From the NCBI GenBank assembly GCA_951406725.2, contig OX597821.1, positions 66,712,001 to 66,776,000 of the forward strand: a stretch of 64,000 nucleotides of DNA, read 5' to 3'. The DNA is from Octopus vulgaris. Taxonomy: Eukaryota. Below, piece after piece: positions 26,664-40,296 of the stretch; positions within the stretch are counted from its first letter, which is position 1; every line of letters starts with the position of its first letter. The notes under the pieces were generated by a model. It made no database searches and had not been told where the DNA came from. It was given only the letters and a program-made list of their open reading frames with translations. A program made the translations under genes and the position numbers.

Positions 26664-27245
26664 GTAAAGGAATACAAAAAATGTGACGAGGACACAAAAC
26701 AACCACACAGCTAGATGATACAAATGGGGCAAAAAAAAAACATCCAGACAGATGATACAAAAGAGGGACAAGAAAAAACACGGACGGGTCATTGAAGTTT
26801 TCTTTCCTCAGTCGAGTTCCATATTATCTTTGTAATTTCGGCTGCTTATACTCGAGATTGCTTCAATCTCGCCAGCCTCAAGGTAAAACTAAGTTAAGAG
26901 CATCAGATTCCTTGGAACAAAGGAGCGAATTTATACGAAAACAAGGACGGAAAAAAAAACGAGAAATGTTACACAAATACTAATTCAAATAACAGGACAT
27001 AACAGCAGGTGCCTCTCGACTAAGGGAGAATTAAATTAAGTTGGCATGTGTGAAAGTGGAGCCTTATGGTAGGGACATAAGAGATGACATGCATGGGGAG
27101 GAATATAGATGTCGTACGGATGATAGTCGAACCAAGAAAGAAAGGTAAGGCTTGGCCGAACACCGGTTACGTGGGGAGAGAGAAGAGCGGTAGAGGCAGA
27201 GGGACAGAAGAATTAGGGAGGGACGTGAGAAAAAAGGGAGAGAGT
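26664..27245. mobile_element. ~580-bp unclassified repeat-like insertion between two (TA)n tracts
   Basis: Abrupt purine-rich segment bounded on both sides by (TA)n. Contains a hairpin GAGATTG-CTT-CAATCTC inside a GGCTG/CAGCC stem. Confidence 0.4.
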
Positions 27246-27774
27246 ATATATATATATATATATACATCTTGTATTCTTCTGTGTTCAGCGGTAAAACTAG
27301 CGAGCCACCACTTAGGTGCTCGATCTGCTAAATATAGCAACGAAATCACTTATAATACTCTCTCATAAAGAATAGAATACATTACAGTTCTAGATATACA
27401 TGCAACATTTTTTAAAATTAAATCAGAATAGCGGGAATAGTCACGACTGGAACGCCTGAAAGAGTATATATAGCAAGTAGAACAGGAATAACCTGGCATT
27501 TAAACATCAGCCACCAATACTGCTACAACCACCAATACCACCACTAGCACCGACACCACCACCTCAAGAACCAGGAGCACTGTAACAGCAACAAAAATAA
27601 CAACAACAACAACCATGCTTCCTGCGCTCGTAAACAAACATTATTAATATTAATATTCATGAAAGAAATATGCTAATTTCTTTTCGTGTTAAAACAACAA
27701 AATATATTCTAATATAAAACATACTCTTACTTCAAAGCTAGCTCTTGTTCTTATCATTTATTAATTTATTATTA

Positions 27775-27991
27775 ATATACATACGTACATACATTTATAT
27801 ATACATATGTATGTATGTGTACATATGTGTATATGTACATACATATGTGTGTGTGTGTACCTGCATATATATATATATATACATGTATATATTCATACAG
27901 GTAAGATGTTATGCATGTATATATATATATATATATGTTTGTGTGTGTGTTTGTGTGTGTATGTGTGTTTGTATGTGTGCGTGCAAGTATG

Positions 27992-28050
<59 letters not shown>

Positions 28051-28363
28051 ATATGCATATATGTAAGTATATAAGCCTATATATGTGTATATATATATCT
28101 ATCTATATATATATATATGTGTATAAACATAATACATATACATATATATATATATATATGTTTATGTATATTTGTATATACATATATGTATATGTATGTA
28201 TATACATACGTATATTTATATACATATAATATATAATTATACGTTTGAATATATATATGTATGGGTGTAAGTATATAATTGTATGGGTGTATTTGTATGG
28301 TTGAACGAATGTATAAAGAAGTATGTCTATATAGATACATACGTACACAACTATATATATATC

Positions 28364-28406
<43 letters not shown>

Positions 28407-28495
28407 GCATGTATATATGTATGTATGTATGTATATATATATATATATATATACACATACGCACATATAGATATGTGTGTATGCATATATATTGT
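27775..28495. repeat. Degenerate (TA)n/(TG)n/(TATG)n low-complexity field
   Basis: Directly visible. Confidence 0.93.
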
Positions 28496-29179
28496 AATTC
28501 AACAATAAACATAGTTGTTGTTGTTGCTACTGTTGCCATTATTGTTGCTGCTGCTGCTGAGATGATGATGATAATGACGATTTGATATGCATGATACCAC
28601 TGTGATGACGACGACACTGAGGCTTTGGGTGTTGATGATGATGGTAATGATCATAATTGTAAAGAAGGTGAAGCTGGTGTTGCTGATATTAGTGATGTCT
28701 CTGTTGCAATAGGTAAGTCACCATTGCTGTCACGTTGCTGGCGACTATACTACTAAATTTTGCCGAAGTGTGACTAATAGTCATCCTAGTATCGGTTATA
28801 CTTATGACAGTACGGCTATGGTGGAGTTAGGCGCAGTGTAATTGGCGTTGGTGGAATATCGCAACAATGGTGTGTGATGACGGGAATATAAGGGTGGTTG
28901 GGGATAAAAAAATTTATAAGTTTCGCTTGATCGATTGGTTGTGTGTGTGCATGTGTATGTATGGGTGTGCGTTTAGCTGTGAGGAAGTGTGCGTCTGTGT
29001 GTGTGTGGGTATGTGTGTGTGTATGGTGGTGGTGGTGATAAACTTATGAGTTGCAACTCTGAAGAAAATTGAAAACCATTAAAAAATGTTACAATAAATT
29101 AGATTTTTATCGACAATGATATTGATGGAGGTGTATATATGTTCGTGTACGCGAACGCGCGTATCTAGGTGCATGAATG

Positions 29180-29677
29180 TGTGTCTGTGTATATATATAC
29201 ATACATACTTACATACATAATTACTTACATACATACATACGTACATACATACATACATACATACATACATACATACATACATACAGACATACAGACATAC
29301 ATAAACACACAGCCATACGTATATATATAGATTACAAAATATATAAAAACATATATACATGCAGTAAACTGAATATATATATATATGGCATATAGTAGAT
29401 ATGTATTTATATACATACAAAGATACGCATGTAACATATACATACACACACTTGTGCGCGCACAATACACACACATACATACACGCATAAAACATATAGC
29501 ATATAGTGTGTAGCTAGTTGTATGTCAAGCGTGTGAACAGATGAATAAACTCGCGGGAACATATATAAATACATGTAAACATACACACACATGTATACAA
29601 AAGTACATCTATACTCATATACACAGAACTATGTATAATTATATACATACTTACACACACATATACGTATATATGTA

Positions 29678-29736
<59 letters not shown>

Positions 29737-29815
29737 GTATATATGTATGAATATATATATATATAAATATATTTTCATATATATGTTTGTATGTGTGTAT
29801 ATGTATATGATATGA
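29180..29815. repeat. (TACA)n/(TA)n low-complexity field
   Basis: Directly visible. Confidence 0.9.
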
Positions 29816-31165
29816 TAAATGATGGAAGGAAATAAAATAACATTTTATAACATTAAATTGAAAAGAAAGAAATACCGGTAGATTATTTATTTACTTTTTA
29901 TATTTTTTAGGAATAATATGAAAAAAATAATAAATAAAATTGAACAAAATTAATATATAAAATGAAAGAAATTACAAAATAACAGTAAACAAATGTGTGT
30001 TATGTGATTTGATATATTGACAATTGCAGAGTTTATTTATTGACTCCAATTACAGGAGTAAATACTTTAATAAAACACAATTGAAATACCTAACGGATTG
30101 TTTCTTTAACGGCGCTCTTCCAAACAAAACGACACATAAAAATGGTCAGTTGATTAAGCCATTTGGCGAATGGTTTGCTCCATTCTGTTCCAAAGACTGA
30201 CTTTGATATCCTATTTGAGTGTTAAACAATAAATAATGAATAAATAAATATAAAAGAAAACTAAACTAATAAATGTATTGTTAAATAAGAGTGGATAAAG
30301 TAAGATAAATAAAGAAAGAAAAGAATACAACAGGAACAAAAAAAAATATGAAGGAAAAAAAAGAAGAGAAGCTACTGAAATTCGCAGAAGTAATTGAATA
30401 AATATATTAATCGAAATATATTCATTAAACTTAAAATACAACATTTATCATAGGAAATACAAAACAAAACAAAAAACAAGTAGAAATCAACGTAGTGTTT
30501 GGTCTACTTCAATAATATATAAGTATTGATTCTACAAAATGATAACAAACAGTTCTTTAGGAATATTGGACTTTGTGAAGCAAGTGAGAATATATTGAAA
30601 TGTAACAAAGATAAGATTCCGAAAGAACAAAGAACTTGGTTGCATCATTTCTTTACTGCATCTTCCTGTTTTTATTTTATTTTTGCCTTTCGTTTCGATG
30701 GATTAGAATCGCCCTTCTTAGGGGTCATTCATGAATAATTTGCTTTAAAATGGTGAATTTGGGGCATAATTTCTGAATAAATTAACCGTGGATCTAATAT
30801 CATTTATTTTGCGGAAGAACTCTAATAATGTGTATATATTTATTTTGGAATCCATAAAATCTATATATTTAATTTGAAATCCTAAAGAATATATATATCT
30901 ACTTTGGTTTAATCAGCCTATAGCTCGTGAAATGTGATTGCACTAGAAGAAAGCGTGGGTCGCCATAATGACCTCAGCGTCACTGTCGCCCCCAGGGTCA
31001 ACGTCACCTTCATGGCGCAATATACTAAATTAACGACATGTAGCGCAGCTCTGGTGTTGTGGTCCAGGATCCTCAGAGCGTAAAGGTGCTAATTGCGATA
31101 CACTTGTACGGCGTGAGTTGGTGTTGTTTTCTGAAGGCCTCCACCTGTTCACCTCTAACTAGATT

Positions 31166-31408
31166 TACTTACTACTACTACTACTACTATCACCGCCACC
31201 ACCGCCACCTCCACTACCACTACCATTACCAACAACAACAACTACCCACTACTAATACTACCATTGCTACTACTACAGCCAACTCCACTTTACTACTATA
31301 CCAACAACAAATACTACAACAGCTACTAATGCTTCTACCAACTTCACTGTTTTCCTCCTCCTCCTACTACTACTACTACTGCTACTACTACTACTATTAT
31401 TACCACCG

Positions 31409-31463
<55 letters not shown>

Positions 31464-31555
31464 AACTACTACTTCTACAACTACTACCATCACCACCACC
31501 ACTACTACTAGGACGACTACTGAAATCAATGTACTACTACTACTACCACTACTAC
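31166..31555. repeat. (TAC)n/(CAC)n/(CAA)n trinucleotide field
   Basis: Directly visible; explains the poly-Tyr/His ORF. Confidence 0.93.
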
Positions 31556-32343
31556 ATATGCTCATATATGGGTGTATTTATATGCGTAATATATAAACAC
31601 GCATGTCCACCCACCCTTTTATGCATACGCACACGCGGACTCACACCTACCCCTGTATCTTCACGTAAGTGTATATGTGGGTACGGGTGTGTTGTTAGTC
31701 TTTAACGGCCTATGTTGAGATTGCATAGAAACGCAAAGGTAAGCTTATATTCACTCACACTTAGTGTCTATATAACCAAGCAATCATCGTATGTCCAATG
31801 ATCAATACCCATAAACCAATTTCAATGCGACGGATATCATTGGTGGATGATATACTCTTTATGGTTGAATGAATTGTTCGAAAAGATAACGCACAAAACT
31901 AAACCTGGTAGATTTGAACCGCATCATCTAATTTCCTGTTCTTTCTGGGAAACACTCATTGTAATAATTTCTTAATGACAATCGATTAATTTCAGACTGG
32001 AAAACAAATTCCAAAAGGTTGTTAGCCTTCTTCTTGTTGAAGAAGCAGTCTACAATTTTCTTATCAATGTTATATTCTGGGCTACCTCTTACTCGTAAAC
32101 CAGTTACTGATTTCGACAACTTGAAATTTATTAGATTAATGATGTAAAATAAGATAGCAAGGTTTAATTTCATGGCTACGTGTTTCTGGAGTTAAATGAA
32201 AATTGATCCTTCGGAAATTAAACAGCGAAGATTTAGGCAAAACATACGCCTTAAGACAATTTTTATGTCGCAATACTATTCTCGTTTAGTTGTGATACAT
32301 TGAATATAACATACAGTGTTACATTTCGGAGATAATATCATAG

Positions 32344-32715
32344 TTACCTCCACCAAGGAAGGAGGTTATGTTTTCATCGGCGTTGGTTTGTCCGTCTGTC
32401 CGTCTGTGTGCAAAATAACTCAAAACGTTGTTAACGGCATTTGATGAGACTTGCAGGAAAATTTGGTAATGAGGCAAGGAACAGATGATGAAATTCGGGA
32501 ATTTTTATGGATTCTCGAAGGATTTTTCATTTGTTATATTTACTTTACATGAAGTATTACAATTTTACGTTCTTTGATTATCTCCCTTGAAAACAAGTTC
32601 ATCGTTTCCACGTAACCTATGGTGGCGTTACTGTTTCCAAAGTTTATTTTCATTTCCCTACTAGTAATTTTACTCGCGTTTCTATCTTAAAATGAGCTGC
32701 TTCGCGGAGGTCTGC
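32344..32715 (+). mobile_element. HINE (Helentron-type), truncated just before the 3' hairpin by a LINE fragment
   Basis: TTACCTCCACCAAGGAAGGAGGTTATGTTTTC...GTCCGTCTGTCCGTCTG...AAATGAGCTGCTTCGCGGAGGTCTGC, then LINE sequence. Confidence 0.75.
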
Positions 32716-33190
32716 AGAGGATAACATGACAAGCCTTGATTGGGATCGACTCAAAAAGCTCAGGCTTTGCTCCCTCCACCGCTGATGTGAGCTCTATATC
32801 ATCTGTATAGTGTGAAAAATATTCCATCAACATTGCTCATCTTTAAAATTCGTCCGAGGCTTGGTCCTCGTGCCATCCGTCCACTACAGAAATGTTCGTG
32901 TCGCATCACAACACTATGACAGAACTATTTCATCTCAATTGCTCTCTTCAACATCGTGCCAGACACACATTAAGGAGGAAAGTGACTTCACAGCATTCAA
33001 ACGATCCCTAGATGATTACCCCCAACAAATACCAGATAAACCACCCACAGCCAGATATGTCTCTGAAAACAATAACCCACTGCTTGAATGGGCTACGGTT
33101 CCCCAGAGCTGACTGTGTAACTCTTCCAGGTGGTGCTATTAAATTAGACATGGCCTGAGTTAACTTCGGCCGAAACTTATCTAAGTAATC
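32716..33190 (+). mobile_element. 5'-truncated decayed CR1/L2-group LINE 3' end
   Basis: WDRLKKLRLCSLHR*CELYIICIV*KI and FKRSLDDYPQQIPDKP...NNPLLEW parallel the C-terminus of 61791-63143 (YRERLKVLNLFSLERMRERY..WKI; FKTKLDLFLLGVPDEP..NSLVDQ). Ends GGTGGTGC..CATGGCC..GAAAC. Confidence 0.8.
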
Positions 33191-33565
33191 AAATCTATGC
33201 TGTAACCTTTTAATCAAAGTATGACAACGTGGGTAGAGGTTGATATATTAACATTTCTGATGGTCTTAAATATAAAAAAAAATTATTAAAGATTTATGAA
33301 GAACTATATTCAGAGTATGTCTATAAGCTATTGTGTTTAGACCTGGCTTCTATCCTCAAACTGTACCGTTTTGTAGATGCAATGTTTTTTTATAAAGCAC
33401 TCCGAAATTAGAAAAATCACAAATCTTCGATAATCTCGGTCCCATGTGTATCGGATAATGGATTTTCAACTCTGTAAAGAAGTTGATTGTGGTTGTCGTA
33501 GTTTTAACGGTGATTATGGTGAAAGCAGTGAAAGTGTTGATGATGACGATGGTCGAGATAAGTAT

Positions 33566-33687
33566 GGGAGGCGGTTATGTTTTGGCTGGCGTTGGTTTGG
33601 GAAATTGGGCGATTTTCAGCACGCGTGTACATGGGTGGAAATGAGCTGCTTGGCGGCGGTCTGCGCTCTCCGAGTGCTTTTCTAGTT
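33566..33687 (+). mobile_element. Internally deleted HINE
   Basis: GCGGTTATGTTTTGGCTGGCGTTGGTTTG...AAATGAGCTGCTTGGCGGCGGTCTGCGCTCTCCGAGTGCTTTTCTAGTT. Confidence 0.75.
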
Positions 33688-33694
33688 CTAGATT

Positions 33695-34095
33695 CAAACG
33701 ACCTTAACATTAGATTCATAATTCATCCAAAGTTGGGACTACAAGTCATACGCCCACTACACAATTCAAAATCACAACACATAAATTCACTGGAACACAA
33801 TCTTTTTTTACCCAACAGGCCCTGCTCTATTACAAATTATCCCCTAGAAAATCAACGAAGAAAAAAATGCCATCACCTTCAAACGAAACCTGGACAAAAT
33901 TCTACAAAGAATACTAGTCACCTATATCTAGATATATCTCAGTCAACTGCGAATCCCTACCTGGTTAGAGGTTCTGTTGATACCACAAAACCTAACTTAA
34001 AAATCACTTATCAGATCCTATCCGATCCTGCTATTAAGTTAGACATGGCCTCGCCCAATCTCTGGCAGAAACATATCTGAGTTATAATGTTATAA
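33695..34095 (+). mobile_element. Second decayed LINE 3' end, related to 32716-33190
   Basis: FIIHPKLGLQVIRPL compares with FKIRPRLGPRAIRPL at ~32841. Shared 3' motif TGCTATTAA(A/G)TTAGACATGGCCT. Confidence 0.75.
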
Positions 34096-35063
34096 TTATT
34101 TAGTCAGCGAATGGTCATCTGCTAAAGTAATACAACTGGCCGGAGCATCATCAATATTACGCAAGAAACTCAACATCATAACTACAAAGGCAGTGAAAAG
34201 CGATAACTCGTATTAAGGTTTTAAACATATAAAGCAATACAACGGCTTATAGAGGAACAAACTAACCTTTCTTATCACTAAAAATGTTTTGGGTCTCATT
34301 CTTGCCACAAGGAAACTCATATCTAAGAACGCTTAGCAAGCCAAAGCCAAAGCCAGATTTGCCACCAAGTCAAATGATGAAAAAAGAATGATAACCTCAC
34401 CACTTTTTATCAGCTCTAGGATCTTCCATTTGTAAAAGTTATTATTACTGTTCTTGTTGTTGTTTAGAACTAGATCAGCTGAACTGATAAAAACTTGCCA
34501 TCAAAGCGTTCAGTCCGTGAAAATAAACAAAGAAATTCTGTTGCGTCTGGTGAAAGTCATATCCTTTTTATGCCTTATAATTTAATACTTATTTTTATCT
34601 TTATTTTTATTTTATAAAAAATAAGAAATAAGGGGAAGTTTTACCGGTGAGTGTGTTAAATCATAAGGCACAAAAAGAAAATGACTCTCTCCAGACACAA
34701 CAGAATATGCTTCAACACACGAACTCACATGAAGAATCTTGCAAACCAAATCCAAAGACGAAAAATAAACAAAGAAAACTTTACTTCTGGAGGTGATGGG
34801 ATTCTAGATCACAATTTTTCGGATTTTTTCTTCTGTCAGTTTTAAGGAAGGAAGTCTGATATTTGCAGATGACCTGGCTGCTATTTGTAGCGAATCGAGA
34901 CATTGTCTGTTAGAATCAAGAATGGAACGACTTTGATCAATGTCTTTTTAGTTTTCTGATTAGAACAGGTCTGGTAGTCAGGGTAGCTAAACAACACAAC
35001 CAGCAAAATAATCACCACCACCACCACTATATCCCCACAACCACCAGTATCAGCACAACCACC

Positions 35064-35113
<50 letters not shown>

Positions 35114-35852
35114 CGACAAGTAGTGCACTCATTCAGCTATAATTACAAATATTATTTCTGTGACCAAGCATCATGAGCTAACGTGTGGAGAGTTTATTTA
35201 TTGATGTCAAGACAATTAGCTGAGGAACTAATGACAGTGGAAAAAGAAATAAAAAAAAAAAATTGCCTGCGTCTCCCATGACATTGCTTAACATCTACAG
35301 AAACTTCTTCGACATAATTAGCACCAGCAACAACGCCTTCACCCCACCACACCACCACCAAAACCATCACCACCAACGTCACTACAACTATAGCAAACGG
35401 CTACTACTTGCTAACAAATGATCTTCTGTATAGTTCACAGCTTTGCTAGTAATAGCAATAAAATCTTGCTCGAATCACACCTAAAAATGTTGAAAAAAGA
35501 AGCACAGTGGGAATATTGAGCAATGTAATTTTTACATACACAAAGAAGAGGGTTTGTCGTGGTTGGAACGTCTTTGATTATTGGTCTGCTCAAGCTGGGA
35601 GACCTGATGTTTAAAAAGAATAACAACGAAACACAACCAACATTATCAACACGAACTTTTAGCAACTCTACAAGATACACATCTGTGTGTCTATAATTAT
35701 CTATGGAATTGGCAATTGGTCGAAATAATGGGGAAGGGCAAGGTAGATTTTAATTAATAAGTCTGTATTCAGCCTAATTATTGTTTTGTTTATTGGTGGA
35801 AGCAATGGTGTTAGTTTGCTAGATTTTAATTAATATTTCTGTATCCAGACAA

Positions 35853-36705
35853 GGCGGCAAGCTGGCAGAAATGTTAGAACACCGGGCGAAGTGCGAAGTG
35901 ATATTTCGGCTGTCTTTATGTTCTGAGTGCAAATTCCGCCGATTTTGACTTTGCCTGTCATCCTTTCGGGGTCGATTAAATAAATACCAGTTACGCACTG
36001 GGGTCGATATAATCAACTTACTCCGTTTGTCTGTCTTTGTTTGTCCCTTCTGTGTTTAGCCCTTTGTGGGTAGTAAAGAAATAGGTATTTCGTCTGAGTT
36101 CAAATTCCACCGAGATCGACTTTGCCTTTCATCTTTTCGGGGTCGATTAAATATGTAGCAATTATGCACTGGGGTCGATATCATCGACTTAATCCGTTTG
36201 TCTGTCCTTGTTTGCCCCATCTGTGTGTAGCCCCTTGTGGGCAGTAAAGAAATAGCTATTTCGTCTGTCTTTACGTTCTGAGTTCAAAATCCGCTGAGGT
36301 CGACTTTGCCTTTCATCCTTTCGGAGTCGACAAATTAAGCACCAGTTGCATACTGGTGTCGATTTAATCGACTGGCCCCCTCTCCCAAAATTTCGGGCCT
36401 TGTGTCTATAGTAGTAAAGTATATTTCCGTATCCAAACAAGGGGACGAGCTGGCAGAAACGTTAGCATGCCTGACGAAACAGTTAACGGCAATTCGTCCA
36501 TCTTTAGTCCCCGGGTTGAAAATCCACCAAAGTTGACTTCGCCTTTCATTTCTTTAGAGATCGATAAAATAAGCAGCATTTCGTCCGTCTTTACGTTGCC
36601 CAAAATCACTTTCGATAAAATAAGTAACAGTTGGGCACTGGGGTCGTTGTAATGACTTACCCCACTCCGATCTTGCTGGCCTGTGCCAGAATTTGAAAAC
36701 TATAG
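35853..36705 (+). mobile_element. Tandem array of SINE family B units (two heads, about five body repeats)
   Basis: Heads at 35853 and ~36441. The block TATTTCGTCTG...GACTTTGCCTTTCATCCTTTCGGGGTCGAT...CACTGGGGTCGAT recurs at ~35900, 36087, 36257, 36490 and 36577. Confidence 0.88.
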
Positions 36706-38277
36706 GGACAAGGAATCGCTGCTTGGTAGAAATAGCAGTCAAATTGTTCACAAACCATAATCTTCGCTCTTTGAAAATATAGACTTACAGATATAATGAA
36801 GACAAATCAACTAGTGGTTAGGGTTTTCGGTTCCTAATCGTCAGGTGGTGGGTTCTAATACTCGACAATGCGATCTGTTGTTTCATAGTACTCCAGTCTA
36901 GTCAGCTGTCATGTACACCAGCCAAATTACAGTGTAACCCTGTTTCCCACTAGACATCTTATTCTGGCTGTTTCTATGTGACGAGAGCGAGGGACCAGAG
37001 ACGTTGCATGCGCCTGCTCGTTACTGCATAGTCTCTTGAAACACTTATTGAAATATGGCACATGGCACCAAGCTGTAATAGCTCTCCAGAGACGGCTGTT
37101 TGTAGCTTAAGCACATATCGATTAATGCAATCTAAGATAAATTTCTTTTAAAAGACGGGTGGACATGGCTAGAATAGATTATGGCCGTAGGTTTGCTCAG
37201 GATTGATCTGAAATTAACATCAGCAACAGTCACATTAAACTACTTCTCGGAACCGTCGGCACCACCACCATCACCATCGTTATGACCATCACCCTTCCCC
37301 CCCACCATCGCCATCGCCACCTTCATTTCTACCTGTATATTTAGAATCTCTGCTATCATCTTAACCTTCGCCGCAGTCACCACTACCACCTTCGCCACAA
37401 CCATCATCAATCACATTCTCTGTTATTGTCACAATCTCTAGTACCACTGTTACTAGAATCACTTCCACAGGCATCCTCACAACCACTACCACCACCGCCG
37501 GCACTACTCCCACCATCACCACTACACATCTCCGGCTCCTTCGTCATCACCAAATGCTAACACCATCATATTCACATCCATCCATTTGCCGCAGAAGCTA
37601 TCAAGGTAGCCTCTAAGTTGTGTAGTTGCTTTGCCTGTTAGAAATAGCTGTCAAATCCAAATCACCCTCATTAACGTCTCTACAAACGACATAATGGGTA
37701 TTGTGTTTTATTGGGGTTTCCCGTTCACAGAATTTTTAAAAATATATATAATATAAATGGAGGTGTCATGGTAGTAATGTATTTGATTGAAGGCGTAGGT
37801 AGATCAGTGCAAAACAGTGGCCGAACAACATTAACGTCAACAATAATTATCCAGCACGTAAACAATCATCACCACCGCTCCTGATGTTGCTGCTCCAGTC
37901 ACTGCTGCTACTTCAACTAATATCAATCTTCTACCATCATATCAAGACTACGAACACCAATACCACTGTCACAAAGAATTGCACCACCGCCACCAACACA
38001 TCACCCCTGGACAGTGTAACCATCAGAAACTACGCATTATCACAAGAGCGCACACACAAACACACATACACACATACACACTCCCAACTACTAATCAACA
38101 CCTATTGACAGTGTTGCGAATTAAATGAAGAGTTATTGCTCTTGTATAGTCCCAAATGAACCCGGTTGATACAGAGATATACATAAAAGTTGATCCAGCT
38201 GTGTCTATTTTGACATTTTGTACGTCAGAGTAAAAATTTACCAATAAGTCCTCATTTTAAGACGGTAATATAATTTG

Positions 38278-38465
38278 CAGCGGCGTTAGCACGTCAGAGA
38301 AAATCCTTCGCGGTATTTCTTCCGGATCTTTACGTTCTTAGTTCACATATCACTGAAGTTAAATTTGCTTTCAACCTTCAGAGCGAATAAAATAATATAC
38401 CTGGCCTTGACTGGAATCGATGGAATCGACTTGTCTCTCCCGTCAAAAATTGCAGGCTTTGAAAC
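38278..38465 (+). mobile_element. Diverged SINE family B copy
   Basis: GCAG..CGTTAGCACGTCAG...GCGGTATTTCTTCCGGATCTTTACGTTCT...GGAATCGACTTG. Confidence 0.65.
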
Positions 38466-38733
38466 CGCAACGGACCGACGTTTTATTCGGCAGTATTGTT
38501 AAGATTTTAATCACTTTTACGACATATCGGGTAATCGGTCTTATGAGATCTGAGACTCAAAAAAAAAAAAAAAAAAGTTTAAATTGTGACTTAAAGTATA
38601 TTTTAGTTACTACTTTTAGCAGGTTTGGCGACGACATATGCAATAAAATTGTTGACTGTAAACATATCTAACTGCTTTTAAAGTATATTGTATTCGAAGT
38701 TTAATTGCTTATTTGTGACGAAAAATTCCTGAC

Positions 38734-38974
38734 AGAATGGTTGTATACTGTCAATCTAACACGAACATGACAGTAGGGGGGGGGGGTTCACCACCGCTGT
38801 TTAGCGCTAGGAAGCATCGACGCCTCCTGATGGCTTTGACACATTTTTCCTGTGTCCTTATATACATTTATTTGTCAAAGCCATCAGGAGGCGTCGATGC
38901 TTCCTAGGGCTAAACAGCGGTGGTGAAACCCCTACTGTCACGTTCGTGTTAGATTGACAGTATACAACCATTCT
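38734..38974. mobile_element. Young fold-back/MITE with ~100-bp near-perfect inverted arms
   Basis: AGAATGGTTGTATACTGTCAATCTAACACGAAC...CTCCTGATGGCTTTGAC pairs with GTCAAAGCCATCAGGAG...GTTCGTGTTAGATTGACAGTATACAACCATTCT, with a ~33-nt spacer. Confidence 0.88.
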
Positions 38975-39437
38975 ATCGCCCCACCACCGTACGAGAGATT
39001 TAGAAATTTAGTATTTCTAATCCTGACAGAAATTGAAAGAAATTCGATGCAGAAGTAAACAGTTTATGCTCTGTGTGTAAAAGTTAAAAATAAATACATT
39101 AATTAACGAAGTAATTAAATAAATAACTAAATGCAGCATTGTGAAAATGAATTGTTTGTTTTTAAATTTTGACACGATTTTTATTGAATATTTCGGAGTA
39201 TTTACATGTTTAAAGCTTGCAATTTCACCTTAATTATAACGTTTCTTTAAAGCACATTCCATCAGATTTAAGTAAAAATAAGACTGCAGATACGAGTTCT
39301 CGCTCCAATTTCCCTCTCATATAATAATTATTTACTTCTTTCCTGCTGCAAGGAGGACACAAATTTGCCAACGTTTTGTGTTTATCGCAAATGAAATATC
39401 TTAATCTTCATCGTCAGCATCATAGATTCTACATTGA

Positions 39438-39585
39438 TTATGTGGTTAAGAAACTTGTTTGCAACCACGTGGCTTCACTTTCAGATTAACTACACGGCAC
39501 GTTTGACAAATGTCATCTACCATAGATTTTGGTCTGCGCATGCCTTGTGAGTGAGTTTAATTGACGAAAACGTGCGGAAGCTGTC
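39438..39585 (+). mobile_element. Old SINE family A-related head
   Basis: TGTGGTTAAGAAACTTGTTTGCAACCACGTGGC...GCCTTGTGAGTGAGTTT...GAAAACGTGCGGAAGC. Confidence 0.55.
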
Positions 39586-39830
39586 GCCGGCTACCCAACG
39601 TGGTCTTCTCCAGCAAGATCAAAACCGGAAATAGGCCTCGTGAACGTTCAAAATTTCGTTTCTACGATTCTTCTCAAGCTGTCTCTTATTTTATGGATTG
39701 AAGCACAGGACCGTTAATCGGAAGGCATGGATGTCTGTATGTATGATGCTAGAGTTGTGTGGTGCGAAGCGGAATGCAGGAGACTGCATGAAGAGAAGAG
39801 GTGACATTGTCATCAACGCCCTGCCCGTGT
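39586..39830 (+). pseudogene. RTE-clade LINE ORF C-terminal remnant
   Basis: RRLPNVVFSSKIKTGNRPRERSKFRFYD matches the RTE/BovB-type R.PK.ll.gEL..GKRPRGRPK.RfKD motif. Confidence 0.65.
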
Positions 39831-40139
39831 TGTTCATACTTACTTTCAGGGCCATAAGTACGACATCTGCTTGTCGCTTATTAGTTTTGTGAAACAATAC
39901 ACTGGAAGGAGTACGGGCTTCTTGGATCAACACTTTTGATGAGCTGTCATAAGATCAAATTAATTATTATTATTTATGGGTTTTTCTTCTTCTTTCAAAT
40001 TTGCTTCCATTTCTTGCCGAGTGTCTTCCCGACTCCTAGGGCAAAGAAATTCATAGTATACATTTGTAGGCCATTAAACTAAACTCACTAGTTCGTTCAT
40101 TTTTTCTTGATAGAAATAAAGTTAAATTAAAATACAAAA

Positions 40140-40174
40140 TTATTATTATTATCATTATTATTATTATTATTATT

Positions 40175-40205
<31 letters not shown>

Positions 40206-40223
40206 CTGCTGTTGTTATTATTA

Positions 40224-40295
<72 letters not shown>
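40140..40295. repeat. (TTA)n/(TTG)n microsatellite
   Basis: Directly visible. Confidence 0.95.

Positions 40296-40296
<1 letters not shown>

Noticed and set aside
30684-30726. Very degenerate hammerhead-like string on the minus strand (similar case at 5805-5842)
   Set aside because: The core and stems need several substitutions, so it is not supportable.
31928-32173. 81-aa non-repetitive ORF as a host exon
   Set aside because: No recognisable motif or convincing splice-site pair.
35853-36705. CRISPR-like repeat array
   Set aside because: Eukaryotic SINE multimers with long degenerate units, no unique spacers and no cas genes.
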